Source: the human T2T-CHM13v2.0 reference genome, Homo sapiens. Taken from it: a stretch of DNA of 64,000 nucleotides. Shown here piece by piece: positions 47,570-60,327 of the stretch. The translations under genes were made by a program, and so were the position numbers. Location: assembly GCF_009914755.1 (NCBI RefSeq), contig NC_060934.1. One strand, written 5' to 3'. The first letter of the stretch is position 1; every line of letters begins with the position of its first letter. Under the pieces are notes generated by a model. It did no database searches, was not told the DNA's origin, and was given only the letters and a program-made list of their open reading frames with translations.

Positions 47570-48498
47570 GAAATTCAAAGGAACATTAAAGGCTACTATG
47601 AGCAACTATATGCCAATATATTGGAAAACCTAGAAGAAATGGATAAATTTCTAAACACATAAAACCTATCAATCTTGAATCATAAAGAAATCCAAAACCT
47701 GAACAGAACAATAACAAGTAATGAAATCAAAGCCATAATAAAAAATCCTCCAGCAAAGAAAAGCCTGGGATCTGGTGGCTTCACTGCTAAATTTTACCAA
47801 ACATTTAAAGAAGAACTGATCCCAATCCTACTCAAACTATTCCAAAAAACAGAGAAGGGAATACTTTCGAACTCATTCTACAAGGCCAGTATTATCCTGA
47901 TACCAAAAAGAAAAACACATCAAAAAAAGAAAACTACAGACCAATATCCCTGATGAACATTGATGCAAAAATCCTCAACAAAATTACTAGTAAACCGAAT
48001 TCAACAAGACGTTAAAAGCTCATTCATCATGACCAAGTGGGATTTATCCCAGGGATGAAAGAATGGTTCAACATACACAAATCAATGTGATACATCATAT
48101 CAACAGAATGAAGGACAAAAAGCATATGATCATTTCAACTGATGCTGAAAAAGCATTTGGTAACATTCAACATCCTTTTATGATAAAAACCATCAAAAAA
48201 CTGGACATAGAAGTTACATACCTCAACATAATAAAAGCCATATACAACAGACCCACAGCTGACATCATAGTGAATAGGGAAAAACTGAGAGACCTTCCTC
48301 TAAGATCTGGAACACTGCAAAGATGTCCACTTTCACCACTGTTATTCAACATAGTACTGGAAGTCCTAGGTAGAACAATAAGACAAGAGAAAGAAATAAA
48401 GAGTATCCAAACTGGAATAGAAGAAGTCAAATAATCCTTGTTTACAGATTATATGATCTTATATTTTGAAAACTCTAAAGACTACCAAAAAGCTTTTA

Positions 48499-48861
<363 letters not shown>

Positions 48862-49673
48862 TCAGAAGCATTTATATATGCCAGCAGTGAACAATCTGAA
48901 AAAGAATTCAAGAAAGTAATCCCATTAACCCATTTATAATAGCTACAAATAAAATTAAATACCTAGGAATTAACCAAAGAAGTGAAAGATCTCTACAATG
49001 AAAACTAAAAAACATTGATGAAAAAAACAATTTTCAAATTTATACAGATCCACAAAATACCCATAATAGCCAAAGCTATCCTGAGCAAAAAGAATAAGAC
49101 TGGAGAAATCACATTACCTGACTTATCAAAACAGCATGGTAGTGGTATAAAAACAGACAGACCTATGGAACAGAATAAAGAACCCAGAAATAAATCCATA
49201 CATCTATAGTGAACTCATTTTTGACTAAGGTGCCAAGAACACATATTGAGGAAAGGACACCATCTTCAATAAATGTGCTAGGAAAACTGAATATCCATAT
49301 GCAGAAGAGTGAAACTAGACCCCTATCTCTCACCATATACAAAAGTCAAGTCAAAATGGATTAAAGATTTAAATCTAACACCTGAAACTATCAAACTACT
49401 AAAAGAAAACACTGGAGAAACTCTCCAGGTCATTGGACTGGGCAAAGATTTCTTGAGTAATACCCCAGAAGCACAAACAGCCCAAGCAAAAAATGGACAA
49501 ATGGGATCACATCAAGTTAAAAAGCTTCTGCACAACAAAGGAAACAATCAACAATGTGTAAAGACAATCCACAGAATGGGAGAAAATATTTACAAACTAT
49601 TCATCTGACAAAAGATTAATAACCAGAATATATAAAGAGCTCAAACAACTCAAAAGGAAAAAAAAAAAGTCTA

Positions 49674-50103
<430 letters not shown>

Positions 50104-51499
50104 TCATCAGAGAAATGTAAAAAACATTTTCTTTGCTCATCCAAAACTACAGTGAGATATCATCTCATCTCAGCTAAACTGGCTTTTATCCAAAAGACAG
50201 GCAATAACAAATGCCAACAAGGATATGGAGAAAAGGGAACCCTTGTACACTTTTAGTGGGAATGTAAATTAGTACAACCCCTATGAAGAACAGTTTGAAG
50301 GTTCCTCAAAGAACTAAAAATAGAGTTGTCATATGATCCAGCAATCCCACTGCTAGGTATATACCCTAATGAAAGCAAATCAGTATATTGAGGAGATATC
50401 TGCACTCCCATGCTTATTGCAGCACTGTCCACAATAGCCAAAATTTGGAAACAACCTAAGTGTACATCAGCAGATGAATGGATAAAGAAAACATGGTGCA
50501 TATACACAATGGAGTACTATTCAGCCATAAAAATGTATGAGAGCTTATCATTTGCAATAACATAGATGGAAATGGAGATCATTATGTTAAGTGAAATAAA
50601 CCAGGCAGAAAAAGACAAACTTTTCATATTCTCACTTATGTGGGAGCTAAAAATTAAAACAATTGAACACATGGAGATAGTAGAATGATGGTTACCAGAG
50701 GCTGAGAAGTGAAGTGGGTGGGGGATGTTTAATGGGTACAAAAAATAATTAGAAAGAATGAATAAAACCTATTATTTGATAACACAACACAGTGACTATA
50801 GTCAATAATAATCTAATTGTACATTTAAAAATAACTAAAATAGTATAATTGATTGTAATGCAAAAGATAAATGTTTGAAATGACTGATACCCCATTTACC
50901 CTGATATGATTATTAGGCATTGAGTGATAGTATCAAAATATCTCATATACCCAATAAATATATACACCTGTGATGTACCCAAAAAATTAAAAATTCAAAC
51001 AATTTTAAAAATTAAAAATAGATATTTTGTTGCTAAAAAATGCTAACAGTCATCTGAACCTTCAGCAACTTGTCATCTTTTTGCAGTTGGAGGGTCTTGC
51101 CGCAATGATATCGAGGGCTGCTAACTGATAATGGTTGCTGAAGGTTGGGGTGGCTGTAGCAATTTCTTAAGAGAAGCTAAAATGAAATTTGCCACATCGA
51201 TTGACTGTTCCTTTCACAAAAGATTTCTCTGTAGCATACAATGCTGTTTGATAGCATTTTACCCACAGAGCTTTCAAAATTAGAGTCTATTTGGGTGTTG
51301 AAACTTAATGGCAAAACAAACAAAAAAATAGAGCCTATCTCTCAAGCTCTGCTCCTGCTTTATCACCTATGTTTAAGTAACATTCTAAATTCTTTGTTGT
51401 CATTTCAAAAATTTTTACAGCATCTTCACCAGGAGTAGGTTCCATCTGAAAAAAATTTTTTTTTGCTCCATAAGAAGTAACTCCTCATCCATTCAAGCT

Positions 51500-51827
51500 G
51501 GTTTTTCTGTTTGTTTTCAGAGACAGGGTCTCTGTCACCCAAGCTGTAGAGGAGTGCAGTGACATGATCACAGCTCACCATAGCCTCAAATTCCTAGATC
51601 CCTCACATGTGCAGTTCACAATAGGGTTTGCGCTCCTGTGAAAATCTAATGCTGCTGCTGATCTGACAGGAGGTGGAGCTCAGGCGGTAATGCTCACTCC
51701 CCGCCCATCCCCACCCTGCCTCCATCCCCCGCCCTGCACCTTCTCTGCTCACCTCACGCTGTGCGTCCTTGTTCCTTACAGGCTAGGGACCAGTACCGGT
51801 CCAAGGGCCGGGGGTTGGGGACCCCTG
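51500..51827. mobile_element. Reverse Alu fragment fused to the 3' half of MER1B inside Tigger2
   Basis: GAGACAGGGTCTC...CTCAAATTC|CTAGATCCCTC...GGGGTTGGGGACCCCTG. Confidence 0.8.
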
Positions 51828-53802
51828 TTCTAGTTAACTTGCTGCAGCTCCTACATCAGTATTTGCTGCTTCACCTTACACTTCTATATTATGAAGACAG
51901 CTTCTTTCCTTAAACTTCATGAACCAACCTCTGCTAGCTTTTAACTTGTCTTCTGCAACTTCCTCAGGTCTCTCAGCCTTCACAAAATTGAAGGCAGTTA
52001 GGGCTTTGCTCTGGATTCAGCTTTGGCTTAAGGAAATCTTGTGGCTGGTTTGACCTTCTATCCAGACCACTCAAACGTTCTTCGTATCAGCAGTAAGTCT
52101 GTTTCACTTTCTTATCATTCATGTGTTCACTGGAGTAGCACTTTTAATTTCCTTCAAAAACTTCTCATTTGCATTCACAACTTGGCTGTTTGGTGCAAGG
52201 GGGCCTATCTCAGCTTTCAACATGCCTTCTGCACTAAGATGAATCATTTCTAGCTTTTGATTTAAAGTGAGAGATACGCAACTTTTCCTTTCACTTGAAC
52301 ACCTAGAAAACCATTGCAGAGTTCTTAATTGGCCTAATTTCAATATTATTGTGTTTAAGGGAACAGATAGGCCCCAGGAGAGGGAGAGAGATGGCAGAGT
52401 AGCCTGTCAGTGGGGCAGTCAGAACATACACATTTATTGATTGATTGCTGTCTTCTATGGGTGTGGTTTGTGGTGCCTCAAAACAATTACAACAGTGATT
52501 TCAACTTATCACTGATCATAGATCACCATAGCAGATTTATGGGAAGAAAAATGATAAACGCAATCATATTGGTAGTGTTCTAGTCCTAGGTTCGTTCATG
52601 CATGTTCATGTTATTGATAAGCACCATAACTTCAATTTCATATGTATAAAAATGCTCAAAAAAGTGTACATCCTCTTTTAGCACTGTAGTGAGTCAACAT
52701 TCCCCAACAAAAACTGGATTTCCTGAAAAACAGGTTAAGGTAGGAGGTTGGGGGGGGGATGCTTTTCAGAATGGCAAAGGTCAACATGTATCATCTTCTG
52801 TAAGTAAAATGTATGTATAGGCATACCTTTCTTTCAGTTTAAGACAAGGGGGTGTAGTGGGGAATTATCGTGTAAAACTACACCAGTATCTTAAGCATGA
52901 AAATCAATTATATGCTTTTCTTTTGTTTGTTGGTCAAAGAAAAAGATTATAACTCAGAAAACTTTCTTGGAGATGCGTATGCTCAGTGTATCCAAACTTT
53001 AGGCATGTCAGGTACAATATTGATTTACAAAAAGTTCCTCTAATCAATCCTGAGCTAATAACTTACTGTGGAAAGAGTAATTGATCAGAGCCATCCCTCC
53101 AATTGGAGTCAACTTTCATGACTGTTCGGATTTCCTTTATTTTGGGGGCAGTTCATCCAAACTTCTATTAAACGGCAACTAGTTCACTTTTGAGAAGTGG
53201 TTTACAAGAAACAACAACAACAACAACAAAGCAGTTGCGGAGGAAAGAAAAGAGACAAAGTAAAAAAAACGGAAAAGAAATCTCCCAGGAGAAAGGGATG
53301 TGGAAGCTGAAAACACGGACAATTTCCACAGTAAGACTTCCAAAAGAATGTGCAAGATCCGAGCAAAACTTTCAAGGGCTCTTTTTCAGTGTAATGGTAG
53401 TGAGAAAGTTCAGCCTGGAAAGCCCAGGGCTTAAAACAACAACAACAAAAAACACAATATGCAGGATCGTTCGGCTTCAGCAGAACCCACCGCAAAGATG
53501 GCGGTGGGACGAAGCCCCTTCTCCCGCCGCCGAAGCCTCTCGCCTCACATTTCCCACAAACCCTTCGCGCCGCCTCGCTAGCCGAAACCTGCCCAGCCGG
53601 TGCCCGGCCACTGCGCACGCGCGGGACGACGTCACGTGCGCTCCCGGGGCTGGACGGAGCTGGCAGGAGCTGGCAGGAGGGGCCTTGCCAGCTTCCGCCG
53701 CCGCGTCGTTTCAGGACCCGGACGGCGGATTCGCGCTGCCTCCGCCGCCGCGGGGCAGCCGGGGGGCAGGGAGCCCAGCGAGGGGCGCGCGTGGGCGCGG
53801 CC

Positions 53803-53826
53803 ATGGGACTGCGCCGGATCCGGTGA
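53803..53826 (+). other. Upstream ORF (MGLRRIR*) in the TNKS2 5'UTR
   Basis: GCGGCCATGG Kozak context; TGA at 53824-53826; out of frame with the main ATG. Confidence 0.7.
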
Positions 53827-53954
53827 CAGCAGGGAGCCAAGCGGCCCGGGCCCTGAGCGCGTCTTCTCCGGGGGGCCTCGCCCTCCTGCTCGCGGGGCCG
53901 GGGCTCCTGCTCCGGTTGCTGGCGCTGTTGCTGGCTGTGGCGGCGGCCAGGATC

Positions 53955-54153
53955 ATGTCGGGTCGCCGCTGCGCCGGCGGGGGAGCGGCCTGCGCGAGCG
54001 CCGCGGCCGAGGCCGTGGAGCCGGCCGCCCGAGAGCTGTTCGAGGCGTGCCGCAACGGGGACGTGGAACGAGTCAAGAGGCTGGTGACGCCTGAGAAGGT
54101 GAACAGCCGCGACACGGCGGGCAGGAAATCCACCCCGCTGCACTTCGCCGCAG
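53955..54153 (+). CDS. TNKS2: Tankyrase-2 (PARP5b) coding exon 1; start of ankyrin repeat cluster
   Basis: [66 protein letters not shown](G); 199 nt; donor CAG|GTAACC. Confidence 0.97.
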
Positions 54154-56665
54154 GTAACCGGGGCCAGCGTCCCCTCGCCTCGCTCCAGACCCCACCTGCG
54201 CAGCCGGGGCCCACAGGTCTGAAACCAGTGCTCCTCCGCCTCCCGACCTTTCTCCAGGACTCTGGTCCTGGTGATCTCGCTCTCTTCCAGTGGGGACTAA
54301 GGAGATTAGGGGTAGGGTGAGCGTGCCACACTCGCTGGAAGTTTTTTGTTTTGTCTTGGTTTGGTTTTTTTGCCAGGTGTTGGGGGTGGTTTGGGGTTTT
54401 GGCTTTGTTTTGTTTTACAGTATCAACAATACCTGTACCAACTTCCGGTCTTGTTACCCTAGAAGGCCTCTACACACAAGAAAGAGTAGGGGACGTAGTT
54501 GATAGACCTTATGATTTAAAAGGTCAGTTACCTCCAAAATTTTTCGTTCTTGCAAGTTCCATTTGGGTTAAGGTCTTGAAGGACTTTGTAAAATACAAGG
54601 ATGTAATTTAGGAGGAGTAGCTTAATAGGACGTTGACACATTAGCGTTAATTGGTTTATCAGAATAGCCAATCATTACCAAGTTTCTGGAGTGACTAGAA
54701 CGGGAAATAGGCAAGTTTGGGAGAACTGAAACCTGACTTAGGCTGGGTGCGGGAAGCCTTAGACACACACACATACAAGTTGGGCGGAAAGTGGTAGTAT
54801 AAGAGAAAAGATAGTGCAAGTACTTTAGCTTGAATCTAGAATTTAAGTTGGGACTAACCTTGCTTCATTCTGAAATTTAGATCGTTTGAATTACATTATT
54901 TTAATATTTATTAGGTTCACTTTATGATTTAAGCATATTAAATTTAGTCGAAAAATTTAAAAGAGCCATAGATGGGATATTCAGCTTATTCCCATAAAGC
55001 ATGCATGCTGTTCACTTGTAGGAAAGATGATGACTGTTTCTAACTTCAGGTGAGTCATGCGTGATTGAAAATGGGAGTACCTCCTCTTACCTCTGACAAT
55101 CCTGGTTTTTTGTTTTGTGTATTTCATGATTGTTTAAAACAATTTTTTGAAAAATCGGGGAATACCTTTTAAAGTACTCCTGTTCTTTTGGGGCTAGATT
55201 GATGAAGAGAAAAGGAGCAGTGAGAAATATTTCCTCTTTCACAGATATTACTTTTACGCTTTCTACCAATTGGAGATTTGTTCGCTTTAACCTGTTCCAG
55301 ATTTTAAATGTAAATACTACCAGGAGGTATGCTTTTTTGATCAATTGCACCTTTGTTGGATTTCCATTGGGGAGTCTTTTAAAAAGAAGAAAGTTTAGGG
55401 AACCTAGGTGGGAGAACTAGAAACGGTTTGTGGGCAATGGAAAGAGAAGGAAGAATACTTAAGTCAAACACACCTAGTTAGCCTTTTTGCCCGAAATTTC
55501 GGTGGTAAGTGCTGCCGTTCTTCAGCTAATTTAGGTTGTCCTGTTTGACCATGTAGTCAACATTTAAACAACTCATTTGGCAAACTGTCACGATCAACTG
55601 ATACATAAGCCAAAGGGTAGGGTTACTTAGATTCTGTTCACTTGATCTGTGGGATAAAAATAACCAAGAAAGATCTTAGTTGCTACCTTTCAAGAATTTG
55701 GTGTATTAGTGAGTTCATATCTGAAAATAGTAATATTTAGAGGTGTAAGATTATGTTATTAGATCCTCAGTGACCTTGTTCCTTCTCTGCCTTCCCACCT
55801 TCAGTTCTGTCCCAACGTTTCAAAGCATATTTTTTACATAGGTTTCATTTTGTTCAAGTTTGGAAGACTTAATATTTTGGAAACCAACCCACCCCTCACA
55901 ACTTACCCAAATTATCAGGTATAGGTTATCAGATTAAGAGTTAAAGGTATAAAAAGGGAGTAATAAAAATTATGAAGTGGGGGTTCTTCATTCAACCAGA
56001 GCTTTTGAAGTCCTGCACTTCAATCATATAAGAAACTTTTTTAAAAATTGGGTTTGTAAATTTAATCTGAATTTTAGGTTCATCAGAGAGAAGCTTTTTA
56101 AGTGCATCCAGCTACCTTTTCACTTAATATATGGAGAATATACTTTATAATCTGTTGTAGGTAGTGAGTTATCAGTCATGTTAATGTGCCTGCAAGCATA
56201 CTGTTGGAAGTTCAACACAGGTGGTGGTATTATGTAACTGCCTGATCAAGCAGTTTCTTGTGTTTGTACTTCAGTCATAGAGTGAGCTATTGGAGGTGAT
56301 GGGGGACATCATTATTTTAAAATTTTTTTAGCTGATTAAAGTTTGGAGATTTTACTGGGGGAGGCATGTTTTTGTCTTTTTGTTTTGATTCCCAAGTAAT
56401 ATTAGGACTGAGAGATTCGTGCAGACCACAGAAAATGAAAATTAGTTTAGAAAACATTTGCTTTAATTTCATCCCCAAAAGTTAGTTCAATTAAAAGAAT
56501 AATCCGTTGCTAGCACCAAGAGAGTTAAATTCTGTTAATGAAGAAGATAGTCAACATAAACAGGAATTTTCCTTCTACTAGGTGTTTTTTTATTACTGAA
56601 CTAGATTGCATACTTTTCTTCTAGATAAATATTATTTAAGAAGTAATTCCTTAGGAGAAAAATGA

Positions 56666-57034
<369 letters not shown>

Positions 57035-58494
57035 CAGGAATGATTTTTTTCCAACACAACAGAATTTGTAGAGGCAAGTTGGTGGTAGGGTGGCTGTTGC
57101 TCTAATTTTACTAAAAGCAAAAGTATCTGAAATTCTTGACAGTTAATGCCCTAGAAAACAGCAAATTTCAGTAAAGAAGACTCTGCTTCTGTGAACTTAT
57201 TTCTAAAAAGTAAAGAAGAGGTGACACAAACTTGGGGAGAAAGTTATCTTGATGCCCATCATAGAAATGAAAGAAATATGTGGCATTCCTTACAATCTTA
57301 GAACTCTTGGAGTGGGGGTAGGAGCTTGCGTTGTACAGTCCTAGCTAAACAAGGTAACACTTATTTTATATTTATAGTATGTTATGTTACTGTTAGTATG
57401 AGTATGCTACTGAACCACATACATAGGACCAGTTAGACCGGACTTGGATTATTATATTCAATTGTGTGAATCAAATATAAGAGGGGATTTTTTTATTCAG
57501 AGGAGGAAAGTGGAATCAGAGCATCCAGAATTTATTGCACAAGCATAGATACGAAAATTAGTGCTGCTTATTCTAGAGATGAAAGAAGACTATACCATGT
57601 TATCGTCTTCACATATGTGGAAGAATCACAAAGAGTGAGTGGATATTACTTGTGTGGCTTTGGGAGTCAAAACTAAGGCCAGCAGGTGGAAGGTTACAAG
57701 GGGTCAGACAACCTTTAACAATATTCAGCGATCGAACTGTCTGGAAGTATCCAAGCAGTGGCTGGATTGGCATTTTTCAGAGATGTTGTAGAGAGGATTT
57801 CAGCCTAGTTCGACCAACAGGTTATAATCTCACTAGTACAAGAAAGTGGGATGATTCCTCCAATTGAAGGCTTTAGCTGCTCAGCTACCAAAGATATACT
57901 AGCTTTTGTGATTGCCATTCATATCTTTTCCCAAAATGATAACCATTGGAGACCTCCAATAACCTCTCAGTAACATTTTCTTCTTTGGCTGTAGGCCAAC
58001 ATCATAGTTACAAGAGATGCACAAAATTTATCCAACACTCTTCACCTAGAACTACAGTTATAGATTGTTGTTTTCAGGATTGGTTTTTGCTATGGGAGAT
58101 AAATCATACATCAGCAGGAAACCCTAGTGTCAAATAAAGATCAGTCTATTTAGGAATTCATCATCTTTCTTGACTTATCAAATCTCCCAATGTATTATCA
58201 AGACTTTGAGCTATACCTTTGCCCTCAGCGCTTGCTGGATTTGGAGGTAGACAGTTGACTTCAATAACAAGAGTTTGGAGTACTCCTTTCAGTGTACCCC
58301 CATTCAGATGGTCAAAATTTCATCACCGTAGAGGCCATGGCGTTCTTTTCCAAGTTTCTACTAATCTGGCCAGACAGTATGTCTATCCCAAGTTGAGATG
58401 GGCAAAGTCCTCTCCCTTGTATTCTTCGTTCTTAAGAAGTATATGTGGGAAATAATTTTCTGGATCTTAGCAAACTAAAGTTAATAGTAAATGA

Positions 58495-58901
58495 GGCCCG
58501 GGCACAGTGCCACAGGCTATAATCCCAGCACTCTGGGAGGCAAAGGCAGGAGTATCACCTGAGCTCAAGAGTTCAAGACCAGCCTGGGCAACAATGGTGA
58601 CACCTCATCTCTACAAGAAAATAGAAAAATGAGCCGGGCATGGTGGCACAGAACTGACACTCTGGGAGGCAAAGACAGGAGTATCACTTGAGCTTAAGAG
58701 TTCAAGAGCAGCCTGGGCAACATGGCGAAACCCCATCTCTACAAAAAAATAGAAAAAGTAGCCAGGCATGGTGGTGCAGGCCTGTAGTCCTAGCTACTTG
58801 GGAGGCTAAGGTTAGAGGATTACTTGAGCCAAGGCTGCAGTGAGCCGAGATTGCGCCATTGCACTCTAGGCTGGGCAACAGAGGGAAACCTTGTAACACA
58901 A
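58495..58901 (+). mobile_element. AluJ with ~125-bp internal tandem duplication
   Basis: TSD AATAGTAAATGA at 58483-58494 and 58902-58913. Confidence 0.9.
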
Positions 58902-59949
58902 AATAGTAAATGAGAAGTTTAAAATGACATTCCTCAGAAAAAATGTGTCACTGAGAGTCCTGGCTAAAGGTTGCTTGAAAGCTGAAGGCTGTTTGATTAT
59001 ACCTTCCAATCTCCCAGACTACAGGAGCTTTGTTTTGTGGCATTTGTTGACATTTTTCCAGAACTTTGCCTTTGGACAAAACCCTGTGTGATAGCCTACC
59101 TTTAGATATTGCAAGACATCACCATCTCATATGGGACCAATTGTGTTATCAGTGATTAATCCCACCTTTGGACTATGAAAGACAGGAGGGGGATAGCATT
59201 TAGTTAAACTTCCTAAGAGTCTAAGTTGGTTTCTCTGTAGGAACTTGACTGCCTCACAGCTTTTGGGAAACCATTCAGATGAAAGCATGTTTCCAGTGTA
59301 GCAGCAAAATGTGATATTATTAACAATAGTCATAGTTAGCAAGCAGTACCTGGAGTTGCTGAAACTGATGGCATCTAGATAAGTAATAAATTTGACAAGA
59401 GGCTGCTTTTCTCTGTTTTCACAAATCATTAACACCATATTCTTTGTGAGGATCCTTTCCTATTCCAGCAGAGTATTAGACATGCATTAAACAAATGTTT
59501 GTCAAGTCCTGCTATATGCCAGACACTGACCTTGTCCCTGAGTAAACTGAAATGAACAGGACACAATACCTGCCATTAACTGACACATGGTTAATGTGGT
59601 CAACAAGTATACTTTACAGATAGGCCTGCTTTGCTTCACTGTAAGTACTATATAGTAGATTCATACTCTGTGTATGGTTTCATCAGAATTTTCACAAGTA
59701 GAACAGTGTTTGAAGTTGAGTGCTGTTCCATAATTACAAAATAAACTACAGTGTGTCCTGAGCAGCCATGACTACCAACTTTATTTAGGCTTCTGGTTCC
59801 TCATAAAGAGATCCTTAGAATATGGAGATTTACATTGACTCTGATGATATGCCTATTCATGTTCTACCTGGCCAGTGAGAACATGATCAGAATATACCCT
59901 GCAGAGCATTTTTTCTTCCAGAAATTGGTGCTTAACAGAAGTACTTTGA

Positions 59950-60327
<378 letters not shown>

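Larger units (their letters stand above)
53460..54250. promoter_or_regulatory. CpG island / TNKS2 promoter (TATA-less, probably bidirectional)
   Basis: Dense CpG; YY1 AAGATGGCGG 53495-53504; NRF1-like TGCGCACGCGC 53612-53622; CRE-like/E-box GACGTCACGTG 53628-53638; ETS-like GCTTCCG 53691-53697. Confidence 0.92.

Noticed and set aside
53202-54331. Long antisense and alternate-frame ORFs over the CpG island (313, 206, 164 aa)
   Set aside because: Expected stop-codon depletion in GC-rich DNA; low-complexity R/A/P/G content; no recognisable domain
54300-54400. TTAGGG-like G-rich sequence in a telomere-related gene
   Set aside because: Single hexamer, no array; G-runs are common just after first-exon donors
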